DNA from: Candidatus Saccharimonadales bacterium
GTDB lineage: Bacteria > Patescibacteriota > Saccharimonadia > Saccharimonadales > JBGSXW01
Direction: 5' to 3'
Assembly (NCBI GenBank): GCA_041751215.1
Contig: JBGSXW010000005.1
Location: 3,664-67,663 of the forward strand
DNA: 64,000 bases
The notes beneath the pieces are model-generated. The model was not told the origin of the DNA. It saw nothing but the letters and a program-made list of their open reading frames with translations, and did no database searches. Of the stretch, positions 26,328 to 35,204 are shown piece by piece. Numbering within the stretch: the stretch's first letter is position 1; each line of letters opens with the position of its first letter. The position numbers were made by a program, and so were the translations under genes.

Positions 26328-29072
26328 TTAATATATTGGCGGTAACTCTTTTATCAACGAAATGTTCGGTAAATCTGCATCCTCACTGTCACCGTCGAGC
26401 TGGCCACCTTGCGCTCCAAGAGGCGCTAGCAATAGCTCGCCGGGGTCAAAGCTGATAACTTCGCTGGCCCACAGTAACTGCTGGGCTGGAGTCGCGCTGT
26501 CACCGATCCTAAACAGGCCATTGGTAGTACCGCCGGTTCGCATCAAGAACAGCGACTTTGCGAAAATCTGCCCTTCCATCACTAAGCTTATTGGGCAAAT
26601 CGTAGTAGACAGATTAAACCGTGGCGTATACGGCGCAGCGGTTGTGGCACAGGTGTAAATATTTCCGCCGTTGCCGGGTTCGTTAGGCAAAGCAATTAGC
26701 CGAGCATCGACTCGATCAACAGTTTCGGTTACCTTAATATCTCCGCCTCTGGTAATGATGCTGATCTGAGGAAAGAACAGCTGACCGCCCGATTCGTAAA
26801 TCTCGTTGTTTAAGATGTTGTTCCTGATTATCACGTCTTGCTCAGTAATAATGGTGATCCTCCGAGGGTTGGAGTATGAGCCTGGAGCCGGCCGGGTGAT
26901 CACAAGCGGTCCGCTGCCGGTGTGCTTATACAGTCTGTGTCCGTGTCCGCCAGGAGGCGTAGCTAGCACGAAGCTGTTGGTGTTAAACACGTGCGTTTCG
27001 CTGGGACTAAAGTAGGCTTCGGCGGCTTTGTAGTAGTCGTCAATACAGCGTGGTGTCGAAATAACCGAGTGTTGGGTTTTATCTTGGCCATCACTGTAGT
27101 AGTAGCCACGGTGGATAAGATTTCCGCCGCCTAGCAAGAAGCCTTCGCCTGGGACAGAGTTGGCAAACATTAAGCCGATTGCGTTAAGCAGGTTGTAGGG
27201 TGGATTCAGCCCAAGATCCATTTGCCTGGTGTTGGCGGAGGCAATTCTAGTGTTGCCGAGCCCATAAATTCCGTACTCTCCAGATGAACCTTGAGTGTTG
27301 GGAAGATTATTGCCATAAATGTGTCCGTCGTTGGTTGGGTCGCCGTCACTCAGGTTTCCGTAAGTCACCCCTGACATAGCCGAAGCGTCACAGCGCCCTA
27401 GAGCATCTGACCCATGTTGACTGGCAAAAACAGCCCCAGCCCATAGATCAGCACCTTGAACTTTAAAGTAAGGGCGATTGACTACAATGAAACAACGCCG
27501 TGTGCCAGAATTTGTTACCGAACTTGCACCGGTAGATGGCGGGCCTGTGTTGCCAGTATGCGGAGCCACGATTGCTCTAAAGCAGTATTCTTCCCCCGGG
27601 ATAACATTATTAGGGACGTCGTATGAGACCTCTATCCAGCCACGACCCGAACCATACCCCCCGGTGCCCGGTGAGTCCGTACCATTACAGTTGCTTGCGG
27701 TACCAGATCCCGCCCCTGGAACACCAGCTGGGTGTCTAATTTCCCATCTTGAATGGCCAGCATGGTCCGGGTTTGGACTGTTGGCCACAATAATATTGTC
27801 GTTTGGCGTAGATGGATTACCTTCATAGCTGTTATAGGTTGAATTTATGCGCGTAAATCGACGACTGTTATCAAGCGTGCCATCTCCGTTAACTATAGAT
27901 GGCGCTTCGATCCTAATTGCTAACGGATTAGCCGCCGATGCATGGTAAATGCCGTCGCCAATGTTACATACACTGGCCCTAACAGTAACGACATCTCCCG
28001 GTCCTACCTCTGTTGGCTGCCCATCCGGTACACCGTGCTTAACGACATGGTCGTATTCTGGCGGATCGCCTACACACTCGGTGTAAAAGTTTGTTCCGTG
28101 ATAGCCGTTTGGCAGGTAAAACTGCACTCCATTGTTGCCGTCCACGTCGTACCAGATCCACTCGTATTTATGGTTTGCTTGGGGCGTAAAGTTAAATTGG
28201 CCCTCGGCATCATTGCCACCCATCGGCGCATCTCCTGGAACTGTAGCAAGCCTAGTGTTGGTAGTTCGATTCCAGAGCTCAAACCTAATGTTCAAGTCTT
28301 GAGGAATGCCTGCAGCTCCCCGGTCGGCATCATACCAACGAAGGGTTGTCGAGCTCCCAACAGAGCAGGGCGCGCCGAAACGTATATGAAAGTTATCTTC
28401 GCCGGAGGGATTAACTCTGTTCTGCATAGCCACACGGTTAGCATTTGAAGTAGCTCCAGTACCAGCAAAGCCTACATACCCCCCAGGAGCATGCACCTTA
28501 AATCCGTTGTTGCGCCCTCCCCACTCGCCCGAAGCATTTGCATACGTAACACGTAGTAGCGTACTTGAACTATTCGTGGTTGGATCATAAGTAAACCTAG
28601 CAGCCCCCACGGTAACGGTGCGCCATAACATGTGCCAATCCTTTCCTGCAGTGTCGGTGGTAGCTGGATTGCTGCCGTTTAATCGAGAAAAGGTGTAGTT
28701 GACCACATTTCTGGCATGGCCGCTTCTGCACTGTGTATTATTGTCTTGTTCGAACCAACCCAGAATAGGGTTTGCAGCAAAGGTGTCTACTGCGCCAGCT
28801 TTTGCCCTACAGAGAGCGCCATCAAATATCTCAACGTCTCTGCTTCCGCTAGTTATCTCTCCTGGGAAGGTGACGATAACACTGGCGGATGGCGCATCAA
28901 TATTCGTCCCTGGAGGGTCGTGTATGTAGGTTGCGAGGTAAATCTGACTGCTGTGCAGGTCGCTATCGGGCAGCAGGCTGGGTGTTTGGGCTGAGGCGTC
29001 TTGGGCCAAGATTACACTAGAAGCCACGAGTAGAAAGGTGATTGCCAATAATCGATGGGCTTTTCTTTTCAT
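26328..29072 (-). CDS. large secreted protein of unknown function (signal peptide)
   Basis: 914 aa; N-terminus KRKAHRLLAITFLLVASSVILAQDASAQ; G/N/T/S-rich; directly upstream of pilM on the same strand. Confidence 0.6.
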   Translation of the reverse strand: MKRKAHRLLAITFLLVASSVILAQDASAQTPSLLPDSDLHSSQIYLATYIHDPPGTNIDAPSASVIVTFPGEITSGSRDVEIFDGALCRAKAGAVDTFAANPILGWFEQDNNTQCRSGHARNVVNYTFSRLNGSNPATTDTAGKDWHMLWRTVTVGAARFTYDPTTNSSSTLLRVTYANASGEWGGRNNGFKVHAPGGYVGFAGTGATSNANRVAMQNRVNPSGEDNFHIRFGAPCSVGSSTTLRWYDADRGAAGIPQDLNIRFELWNRTTNTRLATVPGDAPMGGNDAEGQFNFTPQANHKYEWIWYDVDGNNGVQFYLPNGYHGTNFYTECVGDPPEYDHVVKHGVPDGQPTEVGPGDVVTVRASVCNIGDGIYHASAANPLAIRIEAPSIVNGDGTLDNSRRFTRINSTYNSYEGNPSTPNDNIIVANSPNPDHAGHSRWEIRHPAGVPGAGSGTASNCNGTDSPGTGGYGSGRGWIEVSYDVPNNVIPGEEYCFRAIVAPHTGNTGPPSTGASSVTNSGTRRCFIVVNRPYFKVQGADLWAGAVFASQHGSDALGRCDASAMSGVTYGNLSDGDPTNDGHIYGNNLPNTQGSSGEYGIYGLGNTRIASANTRQMDLGLNPPYNLLNAIGLMFANSVPGEGFLLGGGNLIHRGYYYSDGQDKTQHSVISTPRCIDDYYKAAEAYFSPSETHVFNTNSFVLATPPGGHGHRLYKHTGSGPLVITRPAPGSYSNPRRITIITEQDVIIRNNILNNEIYESGGQLFFPQISIITRGGDIKVTETVDRVDARLIALPNEPGNGGNIYTCATTAAPYTPRFNLSTTICPISLVMEGQIFAKSLFLMRTGGTTNGLFRIGDSATPAQQLLWASEVISFDPGELLLAPLGAQGGQLDGDSEDADLPNISLIKELPPIY

Positions 29073-29641
29073 TGACCCAACCTCTGTATCGAAAGCTTAA
29101 TTAGCTGAACGGCTTCGACTGCCTCGTCACCTTGTTGCTCTGCTGTTTTTAAGGCCTTGTTGTACCAAGACAAAGCTAACTGATCTTGATTCAACTGCTC
29201 GTACAGCTGAGCCAGATGAAATTCTCCATGCAGCGTAAGGTCTTGATCGTTTGGCATTGAACCGAGAGCTGTCTCTAAGCACTCGGTGTCCTTAGCCTCT
29301 ACGCAGACGGTTATCTTTGCCCGCACTGCAGGTATCTTCTCTTCGTCTGCTGACTGCTGGTAAATAGCCTCCAGCTGAGAAATTGCTTCATCGGTAGATA
29401 GCTCTTTACTTTTATGGGCAGCTACAACGTCCGTAATAGGATGAGCTATGGTAACAGGCCCACCTTCTACCAATTCTATGGATTCATTTAAACTCTCGGT
29501 ATTAGAGTCTGTTCTAGTTATTAGCCAAACAACAAAAACCACACCCAACACCAGCAACCCCAATATCAATAGGGTGCTTCTTTTGTTGCTAAGCAAGGCT
29601 ATAGTTTTAATCTTCATTTCCCTCAAAAAGCTTATGCCCAA
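29069..29641 (-). CDS. membrane-anchored TPR-like protein
   Basis: N-terminal TM; C-terminal helical repeat (HLAQLYEQLNQDQLALSWYNKALKTAE); 4-nt overlap with the downstream gene. Confidence 0.45.
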   Translation of the reverse strand: MGISFLREMKIKTIALLSNKRSTLLILGLLVLGVVFVVWLITRTDSNTESLNESIELVEGGPVTIAHPITDVVAAHKSKELSTDEAISQLEAIYQQSADEEKIPAVRAKITVCVEAKDTECLETALGSMPNDQDLTLHGEFHLAQLYEQLNQDQLALSWYNKALKTAEQQGDEAVEAVQLIKLSIQRLGQ

Positions 29642-29689
29642 ATTGTAGATGTCCTCTAGGGTAAAAGCAAATTAAAGTGCTTATGTGTA

Positions 29690-29718
29690 TTGACATTTTA
29701 AGCATTAGAGTGTATAGT
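29690..29718 (+). promoter_or_regulatory. sigma70-like promoter (TTGACA-17 nt-TATAGT)
   Basis: Consensus -35 at 29690-29695 and -10 at 29713-29718, about 175 nt upstream of the GC-rich surface-protein gene. Confidence 0.6.
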
Positions 29719-29892
29719 GTTGCTCACTGTGATTTTGAGGTGGAAATCTCGTTAATCGCGGCACTTTTACAAACTGGGCTATCCAGGGAACAATGACTGC
29801 AAGATCAAGATTGTGGCCATCGTCCCCTGGATAACCATGGGAAAAACCGGCGCCTAACCAAGCGCCCCGAACCTCAGAAAGAGGTGATTTTG

Positions 29893-30594
29893 ATGAAGCA
29901 TCCCCGCTTCCTCATCGGAGCGCTCGCCATCATGGCGCTGTCGCTCTTCGCAACCCCGGCCTTCGCGGCCACCGCAACCATCAGCCCCGCCATGGGGCCG
30001 GCTGGCACCATCGTCAACATCAGCGGTGGCGAGTGCCTGCCGACGGAGGAGTTCCCGGTCCATCCTCGGGTCGGTTTCCTCGTCCGCGACGACGACGGCA
30101 ACGAGATCCACTTCGACCTCAACGTCGATGTCGACGAAGAAGGCATGTGGAGCTTCAGCTACGAGATCCCTCTGGTGGATACGGAGTACCTGGAGTTCCT
30201 CGCGTTCTGCAGCGGTGGAAACGGTACGGATCCGGCTCAACTCGTCGACTACGACAGCCTGATCTTCACCTACGCCGAGATCGGCCCGCCTCCGACCACG
30301 GAACCCGAGCCGACCACGACCACCACCGAGGCACCGCCGACGACCGAGCAGCCGACCACCACGGTCGAGCAGCCCGAACCCACGACGGCCCCGACGGTCG
30401 CACCCACGGTCATCACCAACCCCGAGTTCACCTCGCCTCCCGGCGGCGGTGTCCAGACGGACGGTGGTGTCCCTGATGAGGCTGCGCACGAGCAGAACAA
30501 CGCGCTCGTGTTCGGGATCATGGCCGGGTTCTTCGCCCTCATGCTGTTCCTGACCAGGAACAAGAAGGCCAAGAAGGTCAACAGCACGGAGTAG
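29893..30594 (+). CDS. GC-rich secreted surface protein: signal peptide, Pro/Thr-rich linker, C-terminal hydrophobic helix + basic tail
   Basis: ATG after AGAGGTG; signal peptide MKHPRFLIGALAIMALSLFATPAFA; PTTEPEPTTTTTEAPPTTEQPTTT; C-terminus ALVFGIMAGFFALMLFLTRNKKAKK. Confidence 0.7.
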   Translation: MKHPRFLIGALAIMALSLFATPAFAATATISPAMGPAGTIVNISGGECLPTEEFPVHPRVGFLVRDDDGNEIHFDLNVDVDEEGMWSFSYEIPLVDTEYLEFLAFCSGGNGTDPAQLVDYDSLIFTYAEIGPPPTTEPEPTTTTTEAPPTTEQPTTTVEQPEPTTAPTVAPTVITNPEFTSPPGGGVQTDGGVPDEAAHEQNNALVFGIMAGFFALMLFLTRNKKAKKVNSTE

Positions 30595-30804
30595 TTCTTC
30601 CCAGCAATGCCCAGCAAGCGAGCGGTCCGGGTGGGTCATTTGATTACAGACTCAACATCTGAACATCATCTGATCCACCCGGCCCTCGCAACACACTTTT
30701 CTAGGATAGATACAGATCTCACATCTGATTAACAGATGAGAAACCTATACCTGAACTAGAAACAACAGAGGTGACACTTTATTTCCACCCCTGTTATAAT
30801 GGTA

Positions 30805-30833
30805 TTGCTTTTTATTGACTAATTTGGTATAAT
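30805..30833 (+). promoter_or_regulatory. promoter candidate (TTGCTT-17 nt-TATAAT with TG extension)
   Basis: AT-rich block upstream of a ~250-nt leader preceding the sortase gene. Confidence 0.45.
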
Positions 30834-31091
30834 ATACAAGTTCAGTTGGGAGACTCTTAACTGATGAAGGATCAACATAATGATCCGACCTTACCAAGCT
30901 TTGGCAGCAAATTGTCTAGGGATTCTTACCCGGAACTACACCCCGCCCTCCCTGGGAGCACACCATCCAATCTATTCCATCGTACTCCTCATTCGCTTAA
31001 ATAATCGTGAGAATCATCTGAGAACTTTCCGCGTAGGACTCCCTAGACAAGGGACATTCGTCATCTGGCGAATTACAACAAAGGAGCAACA

Positions 31092-31835
31092 ATGCGCTTC
31101 CCCAAGCACATCCTGTTTCTGGTCTGGTTGACACTCGTGTTTTCCCTGACCAGCGGGTCGGTGCAGCAGGAGCGCTTCATGCTCCCTCCGCAACCCACCC
31201 AGGCGGCCGCAGAAGCACCTGCGACCACCACAAGCACCACCGAAAGGCGGGATCGTGTACCAACGTCCCAGGCGTCGACCAGACCCAGCAACCCGGCAAC
31301 AACAGCTCCAGCGCAGCCGACAACGACAGCGCCGGAAACCACGCCGGAACCCGCGGGAATCCCCCGCGTGGTGGTCGAATCGATTGGGGTGGATGAACCG
31401 CTCGTCGTAGGCAACTACTTCGACGAGAACGGCAACATCTCCCCGCCGTGGCAGACAGCCAACCTCTACGGGGGCGGCTCCATGCCTGGACAGGTTGGCA
31501 CGAGCCTCATCGCAGGCCACGTTTCGTCATCGACCTATGGACCCGATGTGTTCTACAACCTCGGGAACATCCAGATCGGCGACATCGTACAGGTCAGCGA
31601 TGGCACCACCAACTTCACCTATCAGGTGACGCTCATCCGCGTTCAGGACAAGCGCCTGCTCGCAACCAGCGAAGCCCCTGGTGAAGATCCCGACGCCGTC
31701 ATTCAGTGGTCTGACATGGAACGCGTGACCGATTGGTCCGTGCTCTACCTGATCACCTGTGGTGGCGAGTTCGGAAATGTCCGCCCGGGTAGTTTCGATT
31801 CGAACATCATCGTTCGAGCCGAGATCGTCCCCTGA
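31092..31835 (+). CDS. sortase family transpeptidase (class F-like), GC-rich
   Basis: AAGGAG SD; N-terminal TM; catalytic His context LIAGHVS; catalytic Cys motif LYLITCGG; conserved Arg near the C-terminus (IIVRAE). Confidence 0.8.
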   Translation: MRFPKHILFLVWLTLVFSLTSGSVQQERFMLPPQPTQAAAEAPATTTSTTERRDRVPTSQASTRPSNPATTAPAQPTTTAPETTPEPAGIPRVVVESIGVDEPLVVGNYFDENGNISPPWQTANLYGGGSMPGQVGTSLIAGHVSSSTYGPDVFYNLGNIQIGDIVQVSDGTTNFTYQVTLIRVQDKRLLATSEAPGEDPDAVIQWSDMERVTDWSVLYLITCGGEFGNVRPGSFDSNIIVRAEIVP

Positions 31836-32004
31836 CCCCGCTCAGCCAGAGCAAAACCAGGGCTGGAGGCCGCATGAGGAGAAGGTTGATCGTACTTAAC
31901 GATCCCCTTTACACTCCCTTGCGCGCCTCCAGTCCTAATCACACCCTTTGATTATTCGAACAGTTGGCCTAGCAAGGCTTAAGCCAAGAGTTCGAGAAAT
32001 TAAG

Positions 32005-32421
32005 CTAGTTTAACCAGCCGACAACGGCTCCCATTACTAACAGAGTTATGAGCTCGTTAGCTACCGTCATTAAAGTAAGTAGTCGCGGTCGTTGCTCAAA
32101 TAGGTCGTGTACGGAGACTCTGGTTAGCACAATTCCCAACCACAACCAAAAAGCCGTCATAACACCGGCTTCGATCTGAGAGACCTCAAAATAGGCCTCA
32201 GACACCTCCATAAACAGCACGAGCACGTAGGCTGTCACAAGCGATAGTAAAAAGGCCAAGCCCATTGCTGCGGGAGCACCGCGTTGCATGTCTTTATCGG
32301 TTAGTTTGACTAGTTTTTGCCACTTTGCACCCACCATCGGCTTGGAGTACCACCAGGCACCGACCAACATACTAGAGGCCGCACCGGCTAGCACAGCCCA
32401 CAAATTTACATGTACGTCCAT
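32005..32421 (-). CDS. DUF1761-like membrane protein (paralog of 6880-7296)
   Basis: NLWAVLAGAASSMLVGAWWYSKPMVGAKW. Confidence 0.55.
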   Translation of the reverse strand: MDVHVNLWAVLAGAASSMLVGAWWYSKPMVGAKWQKLVKLTDKDMQRGAPAAMGLAFLLSLVTAYVLVLFMEVSEAYFEVSQIEAGVMTAFWLWLGIVLTRVSVHDLFEQRPRLLTLMTVANELITLLVMGAVVGWLN

Positions 32422-32472
32422 AATTATTCCTCCTGTGTTTATAGAGGAATTATACTCCCACCTGGCAAGGTT

Positions 32473-32559
32473 CTAGTCCTTTAGCAAGTCGTCGATCCAG
32501 TTTGGATCTAGATCGTTCGAGTCGAGAATAGTTGTGATGGTTTCTGGTTGTTTTTGCAT
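32473..32559 (-). CDS. candidate 28-aa acidic micro-protein
   Basis: MQKQPETITTILDSNDLDPNWIDDLLKD; sits behind a copy of the duplicated promoter box; below the ORF-track cutoff. Confidence 0.25.
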   Translation of the reverse strand: MQKQPETITTILDSNDLDPNWIDDLLKD

Positions 32560-32583
32560 TTTTGTTTTAACTTTAGTTTTTAT

Positions 32584-32612
32584 ATACTAGCATACTTCTT
32601 GTGTTTTGGCAA
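32584..32612 (-). promoter_or_regulatory. promoter candidate TTGCCA-17 nt-TAGTAT within a 26-nt repeat
   Basis: 26 nt TAGCATACTTCTTGTGTTTTGGCAAG at 32588-32613, identical to 33176-33201. Confidence 0.45.
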
Positions 32613-32659
32613 GAGCCTGCTAGCGACTCTTAAGCCACGGCTCAGAGCGCAGGAATAGT

Positions 32660-33133
32660 TTACTGCTCTTCTGTTGGCTCTTCGGGCTCTTGGTTGCTCT
32701 CTAGCAGCTTAGCGTCTTGCTCAGGGATAGTTAGAGAATTAGGGTCCTGAGCGTAGTGCATCCTTAAGCGCTCTTGCTCCGATGGCGTTGTAGCCTTTGC
32801 CGAGAGATACTTAAAGGCCGCGCGTTTTTTGGGATCAATGGATGAATAGGCGTCGGCATTGTAGTTAGCGTAGCGCTCAGCCTGATCACCAACCGTATCA
32901 GACAAGCCAGCTTCAAGAGATTTTACAAAGTTACCGCTCAAATCATTTTCTGCCAGAAACTGTTCGGCTTCGTCGGCTAATTGTGAACCTTGTGCATCGG
33001 CTTGAGTAGTTAAGTGTGCATCCGCCACAAGAAGCCTTGCTAGATCCTCAACGACTGGCTCAGTAGCCTCGCGAACTGCTTCGGCTGCGTTTTCTAGGTA
33101 GGCTTGTTCACGTTCTGGCGGGATCTGATTCAT
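32660..33133 (-). CDS. hypothetical acidic protein
   Basis: ATG at 33133 (MNQIPPERE...) chosen; the track ORF extends to 33181 through the promoter box. Confidence 0.5.
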   Translation of the reverse strand: MNQIPPEREQAYLENAAEAVREATEPVVEDLARLLVADAHLTTQADAQGSQLADEAEQFLAENDLSGNFVKSLEAGLSDTVGDQAERYANYNADAYSSIDPKKRAAFKYLSAKATTPSEQERLRMHYAQDPNSLTIPEQDAKLLESNQEPEEPTEEQ

Positions 33134-33171
33134 TGTTGTTGAGCTTGTTTGTATCTTATATTTACAAACAT

Positions 33172-33200
33172 ACATTAGCATACTTCTTGTGTTTTGGCAA
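33172..33200 (-). promoter_or_regulatory. promoter candidate TTGCCA-17 nt-TAATGT within a 26-nt repeat
   Basis: Second copy of the box described at 32584-32612. Confidence 0.45.
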
Positions 33201-33220
33201 GGTTGGTAGTTTAGTGGTGA

Positions 33221-34027
33221 CTAAAATCTGCTGCGCGCTTCTCTTAGCTCTTCTTTGACCAACTGCATACGCTCTTTTGAACCTCTAAATGTGCCTTCTG
33301 CTATCAAACGCTCTACCAATCTAATCTGACCCCTAGTTTCAATCGTCGGTAGTTCAGAGTGAGGCTTGCTGTCTAAAAATCTTTGCAGCTCGCTTGTAAG
33401 CTCGTCGAATTCACTAGTCCGACCAGAGTGCCCATTATTTTTTCGGTGTTCGGTATTGCGCCGAATCATCGCCAGCCGCGAGGACGTAGAAATAACTTCC
33501 GGCTTAGGGACTATGGTCTTTGCTGGTTGAGAGGGCTCCGGCTTAGCTATCGGCTCTACAACTTCTGCCTCTTGAGTTATCGCTTCAGGCTCATTCTCTT
33601 CGTCTTCAAACATAGCGGCCACCAGACCTCTCAGCTCTTCATCGCTCTTGCCAATTGCTATGTCTATGATGATGCTTACATCCTGGGCTAGATCTGAGTC
33701 TGCGTCGGGCTCGTCCTCCAACGCTATCCTGATGAAATCATTGCAAAAAATTATCATGTCGGCGTAGCGCCGATCAAGAATCTGGTTGCCAATAAGGCGA
33801 CCGTCTACGTCTTGAGCAATCGCCAGCAGAGCTTTTGGATACTCGCCGAGCTCCCCGCTAGCAGGCTGCTTCTGCGCAAATTCCTTAACCACACCAAGAT
33901 AAGCCTCGGGGTTGGTGGCTAGCACTCGGATTAGATGCTCGTCGACTTCATCCGCATCATTTGCTGCCACTAGGCTCTCGACTTCACTCGAAACTAGCTG
34001 CTCATCGCTCACAGAACTGCTGCTCAT
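33221..34027 (-). CDS. hypothetical acidic protein
   Basis: ATG at 34027 preceded by GGAGGGG; the track ORF extends to 34111. Confidence 0.5.
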   Translation of the reverse strand: MSSSSVSDEQLVSSEVESLVAANDADEVDEHLIRVLATNPEAYLGVVKEFAQKQPASGELGEYPKALLAIAQDVDGRLIGNQILDRRYADMIIFCNDFIRIALEDEPDADSDLAQDVSIIIDIAIGKSDEELRGLVAAMFEDEENEPEAITQEAEVVEPIAKPEPSQPAKTIVPKPEVISTSSRLAMIRRNTEHRKNNGHSGRTSEFDELTSELQRFLDSKPHSELPTIETRGQIRLVERLIAEGTFRGSKERMQLVKEELREARSRF

Positions 34028-34119
34028 CGCCCCTCCGGTTTGTAAATTTATGTCCTGATTTTGGTTGATGACACAAGAAACGGCAAGCATGAGCGTAATC
34101 AACTGATACACTAGGCGCT

Positions 34120-35202
34120 ATGAGTTTATCTATCGGAATCGTCGGCTTGCCTAATGTTGGTAAGTCCACCCTATTTAACGCCCTGACCAAGAACAATGTT
34201 CTGGCAGCTAACTATCCTTTTGCCACAATCGAGCCCAATACCGGCGTGGTTCCGGTTCCGGACGAGCGTTTACCAAAACTCGCCGAGCTTTTTAGCTCGC
34301 AAAAGACTATTCCGGCGACTGTAACTTTTATTGATATCGCTGGCATTGTAGCTGGAGCTCACAAGGGCGAGGGTATGGGCAACGCCTTCCTATCTCACAT
34401 TCGTGAAACCGATGCTATTGCCCAAGTTGTGCGAGCTTTTGATGACGGTGATGTCCAGCACGTTAGCAACGAAGTTAATCCCAAGAACGATATCGAAACA
34501 ATTAATACAGAGCTGATTTTGGCCGACCTACAAACAATCGAAAACCACCTGCCAAAAGTTGCTCGCCTGGCTAAAAGTGACCCAAAACTTAAGGGCCAAG
34601 TTGAGCTACTTGAGCAAATAAAGCACGTGCTAGAGCAAGGCAAGTTAGTGATTGAGCTCGAGTTTAGCGAGGATCAGCAAGCAGCCTTAAAGCAGATTCA
34701 TTTACTTACAAACAAGCCTTTTATCTACGTTTTTAACGTCGATGAGGCGACGCTTGCCGACAAAGCCAAGCAAGAAGAACTAAAATCTCTCGCCCCAACT
34801 GAACACGTTGTCTTTGTGAACGCCAAGCTAGAATCTGAGCTAAGCGAACTTGACGACGCTGATGCCAAAGAACTGATGGCCGAATACGGCATTAACGAGC
34901 CAGGACTAGACCTTTTAGCTAGGGTTGGCTACGAAACACTCGGCCTGCAAAGCTACTTAACGGCGGGCGAAAAAGAAGTTCGCGCCTGGACGATCAAGAC
35001 TGGCTATACTGCCCCGCAAGCTGCTGGAGTGATTCACGGTGACTTTGAGCGCGGCTTTATTGCCGCTGATGTAATTGATTATGACGATCTAATCACCGCT
35101 GGCTCCTGGAGCGCCGCTCGCACCGCCGGCAAAGTGCGCATGGAGGGTAAAACCTACGTGATGCGCCCTAGCGACGTCGTTGAGTTTAAGTTTAACGTCT
35201 AG
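34120..35202 (+). CDS. ychF: ribosome-binding ATPase YchF
   Basis: [18 protein letters not shown]; NxxD-type G4; C-terminal TGS domain. Confidence 0.9.
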   Translation: MSLSIGIVGLPNVGKSTLFNALTKNNVLAANYPFATIEPNTGVVPVPDERLPKLAELFSSQKTIPATVTFIDIAGIVAGAHKGEGMGNAFLSHIRETDAIAQVVRAFDDGDVQHVSNEVNPKNDIETINTELILADLQTIENHLPKVARLAKSDPKLKGQVELLEQIKHVLEQGKLVIELEFSEDQQAALKQIHLLTNKPFIYVFNVDEATLADKAKQEELKSLAPTEHVVFVNAKLESELSELDDADAKELMAEYGINEPGLDLLARVGYETLGLQSYLTAGEKEVRAWTIKTGYTAPQAAGVIHGDFERGFIAADVIDYDDLITAGSWSAARTAGKVRMEGKTYVMRPSDVVEFKFNV

Positions 35203-35204
35203 AG

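Noticed and set aside
30880-31131. 83-aa ORF in the sortase leader
   Set aside because: It has no SD, overlaps the sortase start, and its composition looks like non-coding leader sequence.
29854-31520. Antisense or alternative-frame ORFs over the surface-protein and sortase genes (29854-30639, 30033-30476, 30270-30617, 31014-31520, 31073-31414)
   Set aside because: These are Arg/Gly-rich shadow frames. The plus-strand frames carry a signal peptide, a PT linker and sortase catalytic motifs.
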